Assembly (NCBI GenBank): GCA_964035545.1
Contig: OZ037767.1
Span: 9,620,581-9,684,580, forward strand
Source: Bugula neritina
Taxonomy: Eukaryota; Animalia; Bryozoa
Direction: 5' to 3'
Length of the DNA: 64,000 bases
Of this stretch, positions 1-12,780 are shown piece by piece (positions within the stretch are counted from its first letter, which is position 1; each line of letters opens with the position of its first letter). The notes under the pieces were generated by a model that was given only the letters and a program-made list of their open reading frames with translations, had not been told where the DNA came from and ran no database searches. The translations under genes and the position numbers were made by a program.

Positions 1-3000
1 TGCCCTAGACTACCTCGCATGCATAGCTAATGGCTGTCTAAGACATGGTAGGTCCAAACATAATTTATATATTCTTTTGTCACTCCTTGATGTTGTCTGA
101 GTGGATGCAAGGCAAATTTTATCACAGCTAGTAAAACTTTGCCATGTTTAATCAACATTTCCATTATTACATCTTTTCTATTTTCTTCTGAATGTGACTT
201 TAGTGTATAAATAAGTCCATGTCTTTCCATATTCATATATGTCTGTTTTCGCTTCGCTATGACTCATATATGTCTGTTTCCTGTTCACTATGACTCATAT
301 ATGTCTGTTTCCTGTTCACTATGACTCATATATGTCTGTTTCCTGTTCACTATGACTCATATGTCTGTTTCCTGTCTACTATGACTCATATTTCTGTTTC
401 CTGTTCACTATGACTCATATTTCTGTTTCCTGTCTACTATGACTCACATTTCTGTTTCCTGTTCACTATGACTCATATTTCTGTTTCCTGTCTACTATGA
501 CTCATATTTCTGTTTCCTGTTCACTATGACTCATATGTCTGTTTCCTGTTCACTATGACTCAGATTTCTGTTTCCTGTTCACTATGACTCATATTTCTGT
601 TTCTTGTTCACTATGACTCATACAAACGAATTATTTAGTTTCACTGCTCTGTTTTCTCTCGGCACAGGAATATGTCTGATGATTTGGAACACCTACCTTC
701 TAAAGAAAGTGTCTGCACTAGTTTCATTGGTTGAGAAGGTGGGGAAAACTCCTAAAGATCGACTGTGTGTAAAGGAAGTGGGAATGGATACAGCTACGAC
801 TACAGAGTTCATGACTGTTGTATGTGAATATATGGAAATATTTTTACAGGTAAATATCCTTTTTATTTTGAAATAGCTCTGTCATATCTACCTACTAAGG
901 ATAAATTTAAAGTTGCTCCCAGAATTTAAATAATAACAAATATGCCAGTTTATACTCTCTAGACACAACACAGACTTAGGATCTTGATTAATAACTCTAT
1001 ATATAGTTGATGCAGTGGATAACTGTCAACTCACAGATGCCCGTATATAATATATCTAACTAAAAAATATTTAGCTAGCCTGTGTACTACAAACCCTTTG
1101 CTTTCTTACAGGCTAATTGTGATTTTTCTGAGCCCTTGATATACAAGGAGGAGCCTCGTTGGGCGTCCGAAGATACGACGGGCCACAGTCTAGTTCAGAT
1201 GGCATGTCAGTGGAAGGAGACAAACTACAGGTTACTGAAGCATCACTCGAACCTCCTGTCTCTAGTTACTGCGATCCTTACATTCACTATGAAATCTGTT
1301 AAGATTATGACTCTCTTTGATCACAATGTAAGTGAATATATCTATCAACTATAGTTAGTAATTCTCTTGTTGAATCAAAGTTTGATTGACGACTGCTATT
1401 TTATTCTTTATAAAATAAGCTCACTATGATTTTACTCAACCCTTTACATAACTAAAGCAACTAGTTACTAGTAAGTTAGTAGTTGCGCTAAAAGAATAAT
1501 TGCTGTAGGTTACTGGTTACACTAGCAGACAGATACTAGTAAGTTACTGGTTACACTAAGAGACAGTTACTAGTAAGTTACTGGTTACACTAAGAGACAG
1601 TTACTAGTAAGTTACTGGTTAAACTAAGAGACAGTTACTAGTGAGTTACTAGTTACACTAAGAGACAGTTACTAGTAAGTTACTAGTTATACTAACTGAG
1701 AGGTAGCAACGGGCCTGTACTTTGTGATTTGAGTTGAAATGCTGAAGTTCTATCTCATATATTGTTAAAGCTACCTTAACAACTCTTTACCTATCTGAAT
1801 TCAAAGTATATGAAATTGTGAGTGGAGAGTCTACCAATATGGGGGTCAGTATTTTCTAATATTGATTGTTACATGGGAAAGCATCCTGCAGATGTTTGAT
1901 GTTGGTTATTATAGGGACAAGCAGCTTTCTTCCAGCAGCTTACGTCTCACCCATATATGGGCATAGAAGGTAAAGACGACCTGATTTCTGTTCACAGAAC
2001 TGAGTTCCTCTGCAGAATCCTGCTGAACAGTGTTGAATGTCTGCCAGACAGAGCCACTGTTCAGACTGCTAGTCGCCAGATCAGAGTAGACCCGGTACTT
2101 TTACTTTGCACTATTTGTTTGCTTTTTGTCTGTCAGCTTCGTTTGCTGCTGTAGAACACTTGATGTTATACTTACTCCGGTGTGCTTGTTGTCATAGCTT
2201 TCACAGGTTTATTATGCTGCATACTAGCCACGCAGCTACAGTATCTATAGATGTAACTGATTAGACAACTAAGGCACCCTGATGTATCAGGAGGTTTGGA
2301 TTTTCTTGCAGACGTCTGATGCTATGCGATGGCCGGAAACTGTGATGAAACTGGCCGAGTCATTTTTGTTAGATACAGACCATTTGCGTAAACATCATGT
2401 CTCCCTGCTCGTTTCACATGGCTATGACCTGCTTGCTCTAGAGGTAAAAGCAATTTCTTTGAGTGTTCTGAATTTTATGCATTTCCTGCCAAAATACTTA
2501 CGTGACAATCAAATGAAAACGTGAAATATGTAGTCGTTATATGCACATTTCTTCTTAATTGCAGTGGTTCTGGTTGTGTTTATTCATACTTTGTCTTTGT
2601 AACATGAATACTCAAAACAGTTACATTATTTATAATTGTTCTGCAACCTTATTCTAATTAGTGTACACACATATGCGCTCACACACACACACACACGCAC
2701 TCATGTATGCATGCACCACCTTCTTCATTTCATGCACACATGACTCAAAAGATATATAATGGAGTTTTATTATTAATGCTATCAGCAGTTGATGCAAGTT
2801 GTGCATGAATTAGAATGTAAAAAAACTTTTATTTACATGACATAATTATCAATGATTTTTTACAGTAGAGTGTGTGTGCGTGTGTGTGTTTGTTGGTGTA
2901 CACACATACTACATGCTATCAGAAATTTACTCTTTATAATCAATTCTATAGAATTTTATTGCATCATTTTCTCTCTTACGCTCACCAGGTTGTGCCATTT

Positions 3001-3768
3001 ATGAAGAATTCACAACTAGCTTACGTAGCGATGTTGGAGTTGTGTGCTCAAAGGTTTTCGTATTTCATGCTGGAATCTAATCAAGAAACCCTCACAGAAA
3101 TAACTAGTGCTGCATCTCCAGCGCTCGTTAACTGGCTAAATGAAAGGGTATGTCATCCTATATTCATTCAAATCTGTGACTCGTATGATAATCCTACACA
3201 ACGGTATTATGACATATATGCCAACTGAGTATAATATATGGTGTAATATATGCTCCACATATACTACTGTAATATATGGTGGGGTTCAACTTCTCTCCAC
3301 CACTGATTCACCTGCTCCTACAGCTTCCTCAACCAGACTCTGTTGTATTGGTTTATATTAGTTGTAGTGAACTATGTTGATTGTATTGAACTGTATTGAT
3401 TGTATGGAACTATATTGATTTTATTGAACTATATTGATTTTATTGAACTATATTGATTGTATTGACCTACATTGATTGTATTGACCTGCATTGATTGTAA
3501 AGTAATTTACTGTTGTTTAAGCGTAACTGGTAGGTAGATTAATATTTAACCCAGGGCTCAGCTGTTATACTCTAGCCAATCAATTGAATGACAGTTTTTC
3601 TTCAACTTTAAACTAATACTGTAGTACACTGGAGGCATAGCAGCTCGAGATGTACCCATGACTGACACCAACTCTCTTCTCTTACACATTGTGCAAGGTC
3701 TCCATTCTACTCCAAAAGAACTTAGATTTGCGCAGGAGTTGTATTCCCTTACAGCTGACCATTGCTGA
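1..3768 (+). CDS. RAB3GAP2: Rab3 GTPase-activating protein non-catalytic subunit, 3' part (5'-partial)
   Basis: Phase-consistent GT-AG exons <1-47, 668-849, 1112-1327, 1915-2094, 2312-2443, 2989-3147, 3625-3768 (TGA). GICLMIWNTYLLKKVSALVSLVEKVGKTPKDRLC, KIMTLFDHNGQAAFFQQLTS and WPETVMKLA match the recalled C-terminus of vertebrate RAB3GAP2 ([53 protein letters not shown]). Confidence 0.92.
236..621. repeat. Intronic minisatellite, ~30-32 bp unit (TATGTCTGTTTCCTGTTCACTATGACTCA), ~12-13 copies
   Basis: Visible tandem repeat. Confidence 0.95.
1510..1695. repeat. Intronic minisatellite, ~34-35 bp unit (GTTACTAGTAAGTTACTGGTTACACTAAGAGACA)
   Basis: Visible tandem repeat. Confidence 0.9.
3368..3500. 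repeat. Intronic ~20 bp tandem repeat (TATTGAACTATATTGATTG)
   Basis: Visible tandem repeat. Confidence 0.85.
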
Positions 3769-4125
3769 CTCATGCTGACACTATTTACTACATAAATGGT
3801 AGTACTAGTATAGTAGATGTAATGAAAACGGTATTATTTATTGAGCTTATTTGTAACTATTTTATAAAAATGTGGTGTCGCATTTTTCGTTATATTTAAG
3901 CATACTACTAAGTTTGTTAACTTAATGTTAATTGGGTGTATGTATATGATTTCATCACATGTTGTCAATATACTTTACTTGGTGCTAAAAAATACCGGCT
4001 TCAATGTTTTGCATATAATATTACTTTTATTACACAGCAAACTTATATGTTTCACATCCCATAAAACATTTATACAACCGACTACTTTTATTGCACGTTA
4101 CTGAAACAGGAAGGTTACATTCTTT

Positions 4126-4852
4126 TTATTTTGCCTTTCCTCCTCTCTTTTGTCTTTTTGAGCCTTTCTTTCCTTTTTTGAGAGATTTTTTAGCCACACG
4201 CCTGCGAGATTGTGACTGTCTCCTTCTTCCAGCTTTTGCTCGTCTCGATCGACTTCTAGAGCGTTTTCCTTTGGATGTTCTACTTCTTACTCTAGATCTG
4301 CTGCTACGTGATCTGCTTCTGGAATGTTTGCTGCGGGATCGACTTCTGGACTTTTTGCTGCGGGATCGCTTACTTCGGCTTCGTTTGCTGCGTGATCGGC
4401 TAGCTCTACATCACACATTTATTTACAACATCATGATTTTGTGATCACATGAAGCTATTTAAATATATTTTTGTTATTTAATGTAGAGACTTACTTTTTG
4501 CTTTTAGATTTGCCTCCCTTGGGCTTCCCTCTAGTTTTTGACCTTCCTTTACGAACTCTTTTCACAGTCAGCTTAGCTGACCGTCTCTTTCCTGCTGGCC
4601 CACTCTTGCTGACTTTGAGTTTTCTGTTTGTAGTCAAAGTTTTCTCATTTACATTTGCTGAGCCTCGTTTTGGGAGTGCGTAGCATATGGTCTCATCTAA
4701 CAGATAAATAAATTAAATAAATGGGCTTGTATGATTGTTGCAAGGAGGTCAATTTGAAGTTACATTTAATCAAAGTGGTTAGCTGGTAACAACCTACCTA
4801 GATCTACGGAGTTTCCTCCAGTATATCTTGTTGGGGATTTTGATACAACCAT
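4126..4852 (-). CDS. Arg/Lys/Ser-rich basic protein, protamine-like (sperm nuclear basic protein-like), ~178 aa
   Basis: Exons 4852-4798, 4696-4495, 4405-4126 with GT-AG introns and matching phases (1,2). Protein MVVSKSPTRY...KRRSAKLTVKRVRKGRSK...ASRSRSKRSRSKRSRSKKSRSRSRS...KRGGKAK*. AATAAA ~35 nt after the stop. Function inferred from composition. Confidence 0.82.
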
Positions 4853-6425
4853 CTTGTTTCTCAGTTAAATATTAAATGGTTTCATTCTTGCTGACACTCT
4901 TTAATATATTCATCTTAACAATTGTGATTGTCTTCTATTGGTTATTCTGAAAAATGAAGCCATGACAAATTGTATCATCATTATCTGCTGTCACAAGCTG
5001 AAATTGCATAAAATATTTCAGTTATTGCCTGATACTAAAATGATCAATTTCTTTTAATTTGTGTGTCCATTTGTATACAATTACAATTATCTTTGCCTAG
5101 TCTAATTTGTTTCCTTTCTGATTTAGAGGTGAAACCAATCGATAGTAGACAACTTCTTCTGTTTACTAGTATGCAGTGTACTGTTGTACCTGCAGCCCCA
5201 ATAATGACATATAATGCTGAGTGCCAGTTGCATGACATTAATTCAAAAATCAATATTAAAAGTCTTCATAAGTATTCAATTTAAAATCCTGGGCAGTCAA
5301 CTTACTATCACAGTCTATATTATACAGGCCTACACACACACTGCGCACTAACACACACTCAACTTAATAAGGAATAAAATATTTCTTGTTTACTCCTGGA
5401 TGCCTAATATGAAACACATTATTGATGGCTCAAACCAGCACAAACTGAAAGCTAACTCTAACTCCATCACTAAACCCAACATATAACTGATTGATAAATG
5501 GTAAATGCCTATATAAAATGCAATATACTGAGCAACTGTGCAAAGACATGACAGCAATCCTGGCCAATGGCCACTCTCATGAACTTTGTTCAACAACTTT
5601 TAAAACTAAATGTGATAACCACAAAATCTATTTCAAACAAAGGAAATAATACTAAACTCAATAAGCATGTCTGGAAGTTGAAAGAGGAGAACGTGCACTT
5701 CAACATCAAATGGAATAGGTACCATAAAAATATGTGGATCAAACTCGAATGTGATTAAACAGATGCGATTTATGCAGCTCTGAAAATAGATAAATTTAAA
5801 ACAGCTGGAGTTGTTACATCTCCAAAAATTCAATATGAAATTTCGAGAGCGCGCGCAATGTTTACTCACGCGTATTTAAACGACGCCAAGTGTAAGACGC
5901 GCCTTGTATTAATACAATAACTAACGCAATTTTTAACAAGATCATTCTGCCGCAAAGGCCGGAGAGCGTAGTCTACTAACACGAAACAGTAATTTGGTTC
6001 ACAACAAAGTTATTATGTAATTATATGCAATATAGGACGTTTCAATAATATCAGCACTACTCTAGTTGGTCATTAATATGGCCAAAGGTAATAATAATGT
6101 TTCTATGCAATCCGTAGCTCAAATATGATGACAAAAACCGTAAGGGCAGCTGCAAGCCTTTATGAGCCAAAAGTAAGAAGGTACTGTGTGTGAAATTATA
6201 ATTAGGGTCATTGCTTTAAAATTTAGTATTTAGTATCTCACCCAGAAGTTTGATACCCGAAATAGTGGTGAGCATAGCTTGTTTATTGCAGGAAATGAGA
6301 ATTCGTGTCTGTGTTACAAACACACAGCAGCCTTCTCAAGGTACAACTTTGGGTCCAGCATAGCAGTTCAATCAAATCTGGTTCACAACAGACCAAGTAG
6401 TGAATGTAACAGCAGGCAGAAGGTG

Positions 6426-6697
6426 TGTAGTAATTTGTGTAACTACTATGCGTGGGTTCCTAGCTTGTAATTATAGTCTATTTATCTACACCAATAAAGT
6501 ATTTAAGTAAGAGTTTCCAAAGTTTATTCACTACTAATTACAAAAAAGATACAGTACGTATACAGACTAGAGATTACATCTTCGCTTAGTTAGCACGCTC
6601 TCTCTACTGCAAAACTACTACTAGCTGAGGGTTATCACGTGACGCACTCGGATAGGCTGAAGGAATACGGGGACGCGCGTATTACGTCCTCACTACA
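6426..6697 (-). repeat. 3' LTR of element A
   Basis: Identical by eye to 13723-13994; preceded on the minus strand by the PPT at 6698-6710. Confidence 0.96.
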
Positions 6698-7049
6698 CCG
6701 CCCCCCCCCCAGCAGAAAGCCCTACTTTCTGATAACACAGATACAATAAATTCGAACATAAAATGTTATAAAACTAAAAAAAAACCGAGAGCGTGTGGCA
6801 CATAAAAGAAAAACATGGCTATGTACAGTAATAAGAAAACATATACATATAAAAAATATAACAGTAAATACACAATGGCACCGGCGGGAGGCACTTATAA
6901 AGGGATAGTTTATAGAGGTAGAGCTGTATACTGGTAGGTTACTATATTGTTACACTGAGTAATTGTTTGTGAGCACCGGCGTGAGAAGGGTCTGGAATGG
7001 GGCACCACCTGCTGTACCATCACGGATAGAGAGAGGAGGGACATCATCT

Positions 7050-8138
7050 TCAAGCACTTCCTTTCATTCGGGCTACAGAGGCAGAGAGGGCCCGGAGTTC
7101 TGATGCGGCGGCGGAGATTCTCGGTGTCAGTCTTTGCACCTCTTTCTCTAATTCTCGTATCCGCTCTTCTGCCTCGCCTAGATTCCGGGCAGGGGCAGAG
7201 TGTCGGTTGGGGGATGAAGATGGCCAACGCCGTTTACGAGAAGGCCTTGGGGAGACAGGGGGGGAGGGACGCCATCGCTGTGGTATATCGATGCGTCGTA
7301 ACACGACTCTTGGTATGGAGTCGGGGCGGGGCACTGTGCGTGCGGGGGGTGAGGGACGGGATACGCGTGGTTTCCTATATCCGGGTGGTTTAGGGCAGGG
7401 TCCCTGTGTGATGGTCCTGGGTGCGGGGAACTCCTGACGCAGCCGTTCATATCGAGCTGGGTCTGATATGAATGGTCGGATGAGATTAAGGAATTGTGGA
7501 AAGGAGGGTTCGTCGACTTCGAACAGGTGTCCAACATGGCATCCCATAGTTCGCTGGTGACGGAGGATGTAGTCCCTGTGGTAACTATATTCACCACAGG
7601 GACAAAAGGTGGTGAAATAATGTTGGGGAATATGAACTCGAAGTCTTCGTGGAGTAGTGAAGTGAAGCTGGCATAAACGGCAGGTGGTGCATTGGTCGTC
7701 TCCCTAGTGCTCTCGTATCAGTGTTTCTGTATCTGGTGTAACCCAGCATGACTGCTGTAAGAGTGCCTCCGGAAGAGTAGTGGGAACGGGTTCCTCGTTC
7801 CAAGCCATTTCTAGTGACGGCATGTCACCAGAGAGAGGAGAGAGAGCGGTATCTAAAAGAGCAGAATTACTGTTAGATCGAGTATGATCTTTACACCATA
7901 ATTCTGATGACAACCGACTGTTACTAGTCTGGGAGTCATACATCTTTTCAGATAGCACTCGAGGGACTGAGTCGTGTCGTGTAGACTGACAGAGAGACAT
8001 AGTGTCAAGCTCCAGATCTAGTAGATCGTCGGCCATCTTTATGTTCTCGTCGCCTTTCACGTAGGACTCAGTCCCCAGTAGTTGTGATTCAATCAAGGCG
8101 ATTAAATCAGAACTGACTGATGGTAGACTGGTTTCCAT
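7050..8138 (-). pseudogene. Element A ORF3 (acidic region, tandem zinc fingers, PxVxL, coiled coil), ~362 codons with one in-frame TAG at 7704-7706
   Basis: ORF-track ORFs 7704..8138 and 7050..7547 share a frame. The bridge translates as H*GDDQCTTCRLCQLHFTTPRRLRVHIPQHYFTTFCPCGEYSYHRDYILRHQRTMGC, homologous to the C-terminal extension of element C Pol. Confidence 0.88.
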
Positions 8139-8203
8139 GAGTGGAAATGTTAGCTCAGAGCAAGCTTACCTGAGAACCCGGTATTTGTAATCATACTCAG
8201 CGT

Positions 8204-11200
8204 TCAAGCTTGGATGTCCGTGGATTGAGTTTGAATGCGTCTTCCCTTGACAACGTCAGCGTACGAAAAGACTGGGCAGCGTGGTTGTTGCGCACGGCTG
8301 GAACTATTTGCCCCGGGCGTAGTAGTTTTGTTTACTACTCCGCCTTCGCAAAAGTTGAGATTTCCGTGGTGTTCACAACTCCCACGCTTTGTTGCCAGTC
8401 CTTCCGTACGGCGCCCAGCTAGACTTTCATAACTGCCGTTTGTAACACGGTCACATATGAAGTCTTTAAGGTATGCTGGGAGTTGTCTAGTACGCTGTCC
8501 CCGTTCCAGGGGAGGTGACGTATCAGCTGGAGAGGGAGTTGTAGCTGTTGGTTGGGGCGGCGTACTCACTGGTGGGCTATTTTGCTCCACCTGTGGTGTT
8601 TCTGGCCCGCCGTTGGTGGTGGTGTTCCCCTCTCCGCTGTTGTCTCCAGATGGAGCCCCTCCCACGGGGGGGTTTTGCACTTCCGGACGCGGATGTGGAA
8701 CCGGAAGTGGTGGGGGTAGACTTGGTACTGGGGGCGGTGGGCGCACTTTTGTTGGTGGGAGTGGCGTCTCCTGCTTCACCAAGTCCTCTCCCCGCGGCAC
8801 AACCACTTCGTATTCTGGTCCATGCCGTTGCCGCCCACGCGTTACTGTCTGCCTCCTGGGCTCCAACAACGGGGGGGCTGCTCCTGCTGCTCCTGGGCTA
8901 GCCCAATACGGTTTCAAGCGGGCTTCGTTCTGGACAGAGACCTGTCCAGATCGCTCCAACTTGTACGTATGATTGGGCATAGCCTCAACTACTACGTAGG
9001 GTCCCACAAACTTAGGCTGGAGCTTAGCCGCTTGTCCTCGACGCCTACGGTAGTTGATCATCCACACCCAGTCCCCAGTTTGATAGAGAGGTGGTTCCTG
9101 AGAGTCCTCTCGCCGTACCTGCCACTGCTTCGCCCGCAGTATTTCGTGTGCGGCTCTCAGGTCCTCTATCAATTTACTGGCATACTCGTGGATGGTATAG
9201 TCCTGCTCTGGGATGTGGTATGTGAGGTGGTCAGGCACTCGCGTCTCTCGACCGAGCATCAGGAGGTTAGGGGTTTCCCCCGTACTGGTGTGTGGTGTAC
9301 TACGGTAGGCCCGCATGACTTGCGGCAGTACCGTATCCCACTCCTCCTGACCCCGGCCGAGGAGCAGACTGCGCAGTGCATCGCCCAACATGCGATTGTT
9401 GCGTTCCACCACCCCGTTGCCCTGAGGATGGTACGGGGTGGTCCTGCTTTGGTTTACTCCCCAGAGGCGGCAGAGGTCGCTCAACAGTTGGGACTGGAAT
9501 TGAGCCCCCTGGTCCGAATGTATTTGCTCAGGTAGTCCAAGATAGCAGAATACATTTTGGTCCAGCACCCTGGCCACTGTGGGGGCGGACGCATCTGGAA
9601 TAGCCAGGGCGTCCGCCCACCGTGTAAAGTGGTCGGTTAATACTAGGATCCAACTGTTTCCTCTGGGGGTGACGGGCATGGGTCCGACTAGGTCGATAGC
9701 TACCACCTGCCATGGCCTCCCAGCATATAGCCTACGCCGTCCCGCTTCACCAGGGAGACGGCCATGCTTGCTGGCCTGGCAGATTTCGCATTGTTTGACT
9801 CTACGCCGCACCTCACGCTCCATGCCGGGCCAGTACCACCGGAGTTGTAACTTGGAGAGCACCCTGCTCACCCCGGCGTGGGCTTGCTTGTGGGTGTCCC
9901 ATACTAACTCCCGGCGTATGGCGGCTGGGCAGATCACCCTCTTCCTGCCGTACTGATTGTTGTGAGCAGCCACTGTGATGGTCAGCAGACCATCTGGCCC
10001 GATCCGCAGGGAGTCCCAACGTTGGCAGTACGACCGTAACTCGGTGCATCCCTGCCGCAGTTGTTCTTCACTGGGTCGTCGCCCCTCCTTTTTGGCACGA
10101 TATACGTCGGCTACCACTCCAGGGAGGTCCTCCTGGAGTCTTCGTAGCTCCCTAACGTTATCAGCCAAGACAGGATTGGCACGGAGGCGTTGGATAGCCT
10201 CCGGGGGCGTAGCGGCCTTCTGTAGGAGTTGACCCTGGTCCCAGTCATACTCCGTTTCAGAGTGGTTCAGTGCTCTCAACTCGGATTTTGGAGGACCTCC
10301 GTCCCTCTTCTCGATGTTGAGGCACTGTTTACACCCCTCGTCCGGTCGCCGGCTCAGTCCATCAGCATTGCCGTGTTTCTTACCGGGTCGGTGCTCGATC
10401 CGGTAAGAGAACTCGGCCAGGACCTCGAGCCATCGGGCGACTTGGCTGGACGGTTCTGCTCTCTTACATAACCAAATCAAGGAGGCGTGGTCGGTCCGCA
10501 AGCGGAACTTCCTGCCGTATAGATAAGGTCTGAAATGCTTCACTGACTTGATTACTGCCAGTAATTCCTTTCGGGTAGTGCAGTAATTTCGTTCAGTGGG
10601 CGAGAGAGACTTACTGTAGTAGGCCACGACTACTTCGCGGCCCTCCTGCACCTGGGACAGCACAGCGCCGACATTTTGGTCACTGGCGTCAGTATCGAGG
10701 ATGTACTCCAGGGCAGGGTCTGGATAGGCCAGGATAGGGGCCTCCAGCAGGCGGCCCTTGAGGCAGTCGAACGCTCTCTGTTCGACGGGAGTCCACTGCC
10801 AGGTCACCCCCTTTGCGGTGAGCCGGTTTAATGGCTGCGCTACCCCCGCAAAGTCTGGTATGTATTGCCTGTAATACCCTACCAGCCCCAGGAAAGCCCA
10901 TAGCCCGGTCAAATCCTGGGGGGTTACCCAATCTTCTATAGCTCGTACCTTTTCAGGATCCGTCGCCACACCGTGACGGCCGACGATGTGCCCCAGGTAC
11001 TTCACCTCTGGCTGCAAGAGAGCGCACTTGGAGGGTTTGAGCTTCAGATTGGCGCCTCGGAGTCGATCGAAGACCTCCCGCAGACGGCTGACGTGTGTCT
11101 GAAAGTCTGGGGAGATCACGATGACGTCGTCGAGGTAGACTAGCAGTGTCTTCCAGTGGAGTCCACTGAGGACCTGTTCCATGAGCCGCTGGAACGTAGC

Positions 11201-12780
11201 GGGGGCAGAAGTCAGTCCGAAGGGGAGGACTTTCTACTTCCATAAGCCGTCCCGCGTGATGAACGCCGCCTTCTCCTGGGCGTCTGGGCTGAGGGGGACC
11301 TGCCAATAGCCGCTCAACAAGTCTAGCGTACTGAAGTACTTGCTGCCGGCTAAGGCGTCCAGAGATTCGTCGATCCTGGGTAAGGGGTAGGCGTCCTGTA
11401 TGGTCACGCTATTGAGCTTGCGATAATCCACACAGAACCGCCAACTGCCGTCTTTCTTTCGGACCAGAACGACCGGTGAACTCCACGCACTATGTGCTGG
11501 CTCGATGAGGCCGCGGTCCAAAAGATCCCGGACTTGTTGGCTGACCTCCTTTTCCTTCTCGGGTCCCAGCCTCCTAGTGGGCTGCCTAATAGGGGTAGTC
11601 CCTGCAGCTAGCGGTATCTCATGACGGACGGCCGTGGTCAGGCCGACGTCATGGTCCCCACTGCTGAACACGTCGCTATAATCACGTAGCAACTGGGCCA
11701 TAGTCTGGCGTTCCACGTTGCCCGTGCAGCCGTCACACGCTGCCTGGTATAGCTCTTTGACGTGTTTTGGGACGGTCCCCCGCCTAACTGACGGGCTCTG
11801 TTGGGGACCTTCCGTCGCAGCTCCCAGCGACGGCCCTATATCCTCCTCCTGGATGGAGTGGAAGCGACCCAGCATGGATCCTGACGGTAATTGTACCGCT
11901 TCGGAGAAGGGGTTGACACACTGCACCAAGATCTCTCCTCGGTCAGTCAGCCGGTTAAGACTGCTGGCGAGTTGGATTCTAGTGTGCGCACCTTCGACAA
12001 CCCCTAGCCCCGAGAGTTGGCTATTGTTCACTCTGCAGTGAACGGTAGCCCGGGAGCGGCCGGGTATAGTACAGTTGCGTACTACCTGCACACCTCCCGC
12101 TAGAGGACGACCGAACTTGTCGACACAGGTGAGCTCTTTGCCGCCCATCAGCATTGCTGACTTGCTAAAGTCAATATGGCACCGTGTCTCTTCAAGAACG
12201 GCATCCCCAGTATGGCATCTTCCTCCAGTGGGCTGATGACGAAGGTTTCCTGAATGGCCTGGTCGCGGACGCGCCCAGCCAATTCTATGATACCGTAGAA
12301 AGGAATCCGTGACCCGTCAGCTAGGGTGCCCGGTTCCCCGGTATAGGGAGCTAAGGCTCCCCTCTCCTTGGGAGGGAGGGTGTCGAAGACCCGACGGCTG
12401 AGGAGATTAGTGGTACACCCGGAGTCTAACAGGAAGGTGACAGCTTTACCGGCCACCTTCCCTGGCAAGAAGTAGCTGCCTCCGTGAGGTTGTACCCGTA
12501 CTCCCCCAGCGTGCTCGGTCTCGGCCGAACGGGGCTGTGCCCGTTTGTTTCGCGGTTTGCGGGGCCGGTGAGAGTTTCCTTGCGGGGGGGTGTTTTGATC
12601 CTCCCCGATGCCCTGAGGGGCCTCGCTGGTCTGTTCCATTACTGGTAACGGACTGAAGCGGTTGGTGAGAGGCAGAGAGAAGGGGTCTCGTGGTCGACCC
12701 GGTTGGCTGGTTCGGCGAGGTGTTTGCCATTGACGGGAGGGTGTGCTGCTGGGCCTGTACGGGCTCCTGGCGGCATCCAC
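8204..12780 (-). pseudogene. pol: Element A pol (PR LLDSG, RT YLDD, RNase H DAS, integrase HHCC/DDE, GPY), disrupted
   Basis: Frameshift near 12180 after the protease; TGG>TAG nonsense at 11234-11236 in RT (GLWK*KVLPFG versus GLWKWKVLPFG in element C). Confidence 0.93.

Noticed and set aside
236-621. CRISPR-like regular repeats
   Set aside because: No unique spacers or cas genes; an intronic minisatellite in a eukaryote
4091-4683. Plus-strand Leu/Arg/Asp-rich ORFs (LLRDRLL)
   Set aside because: Antisense shadows of the RS-rich minus-strand gene
7050-8138. ORF3 as an envelope gene
   Set aside because: No signal peptide or transmembrane helix; contains zinc fingers and a basic NLS-like motif
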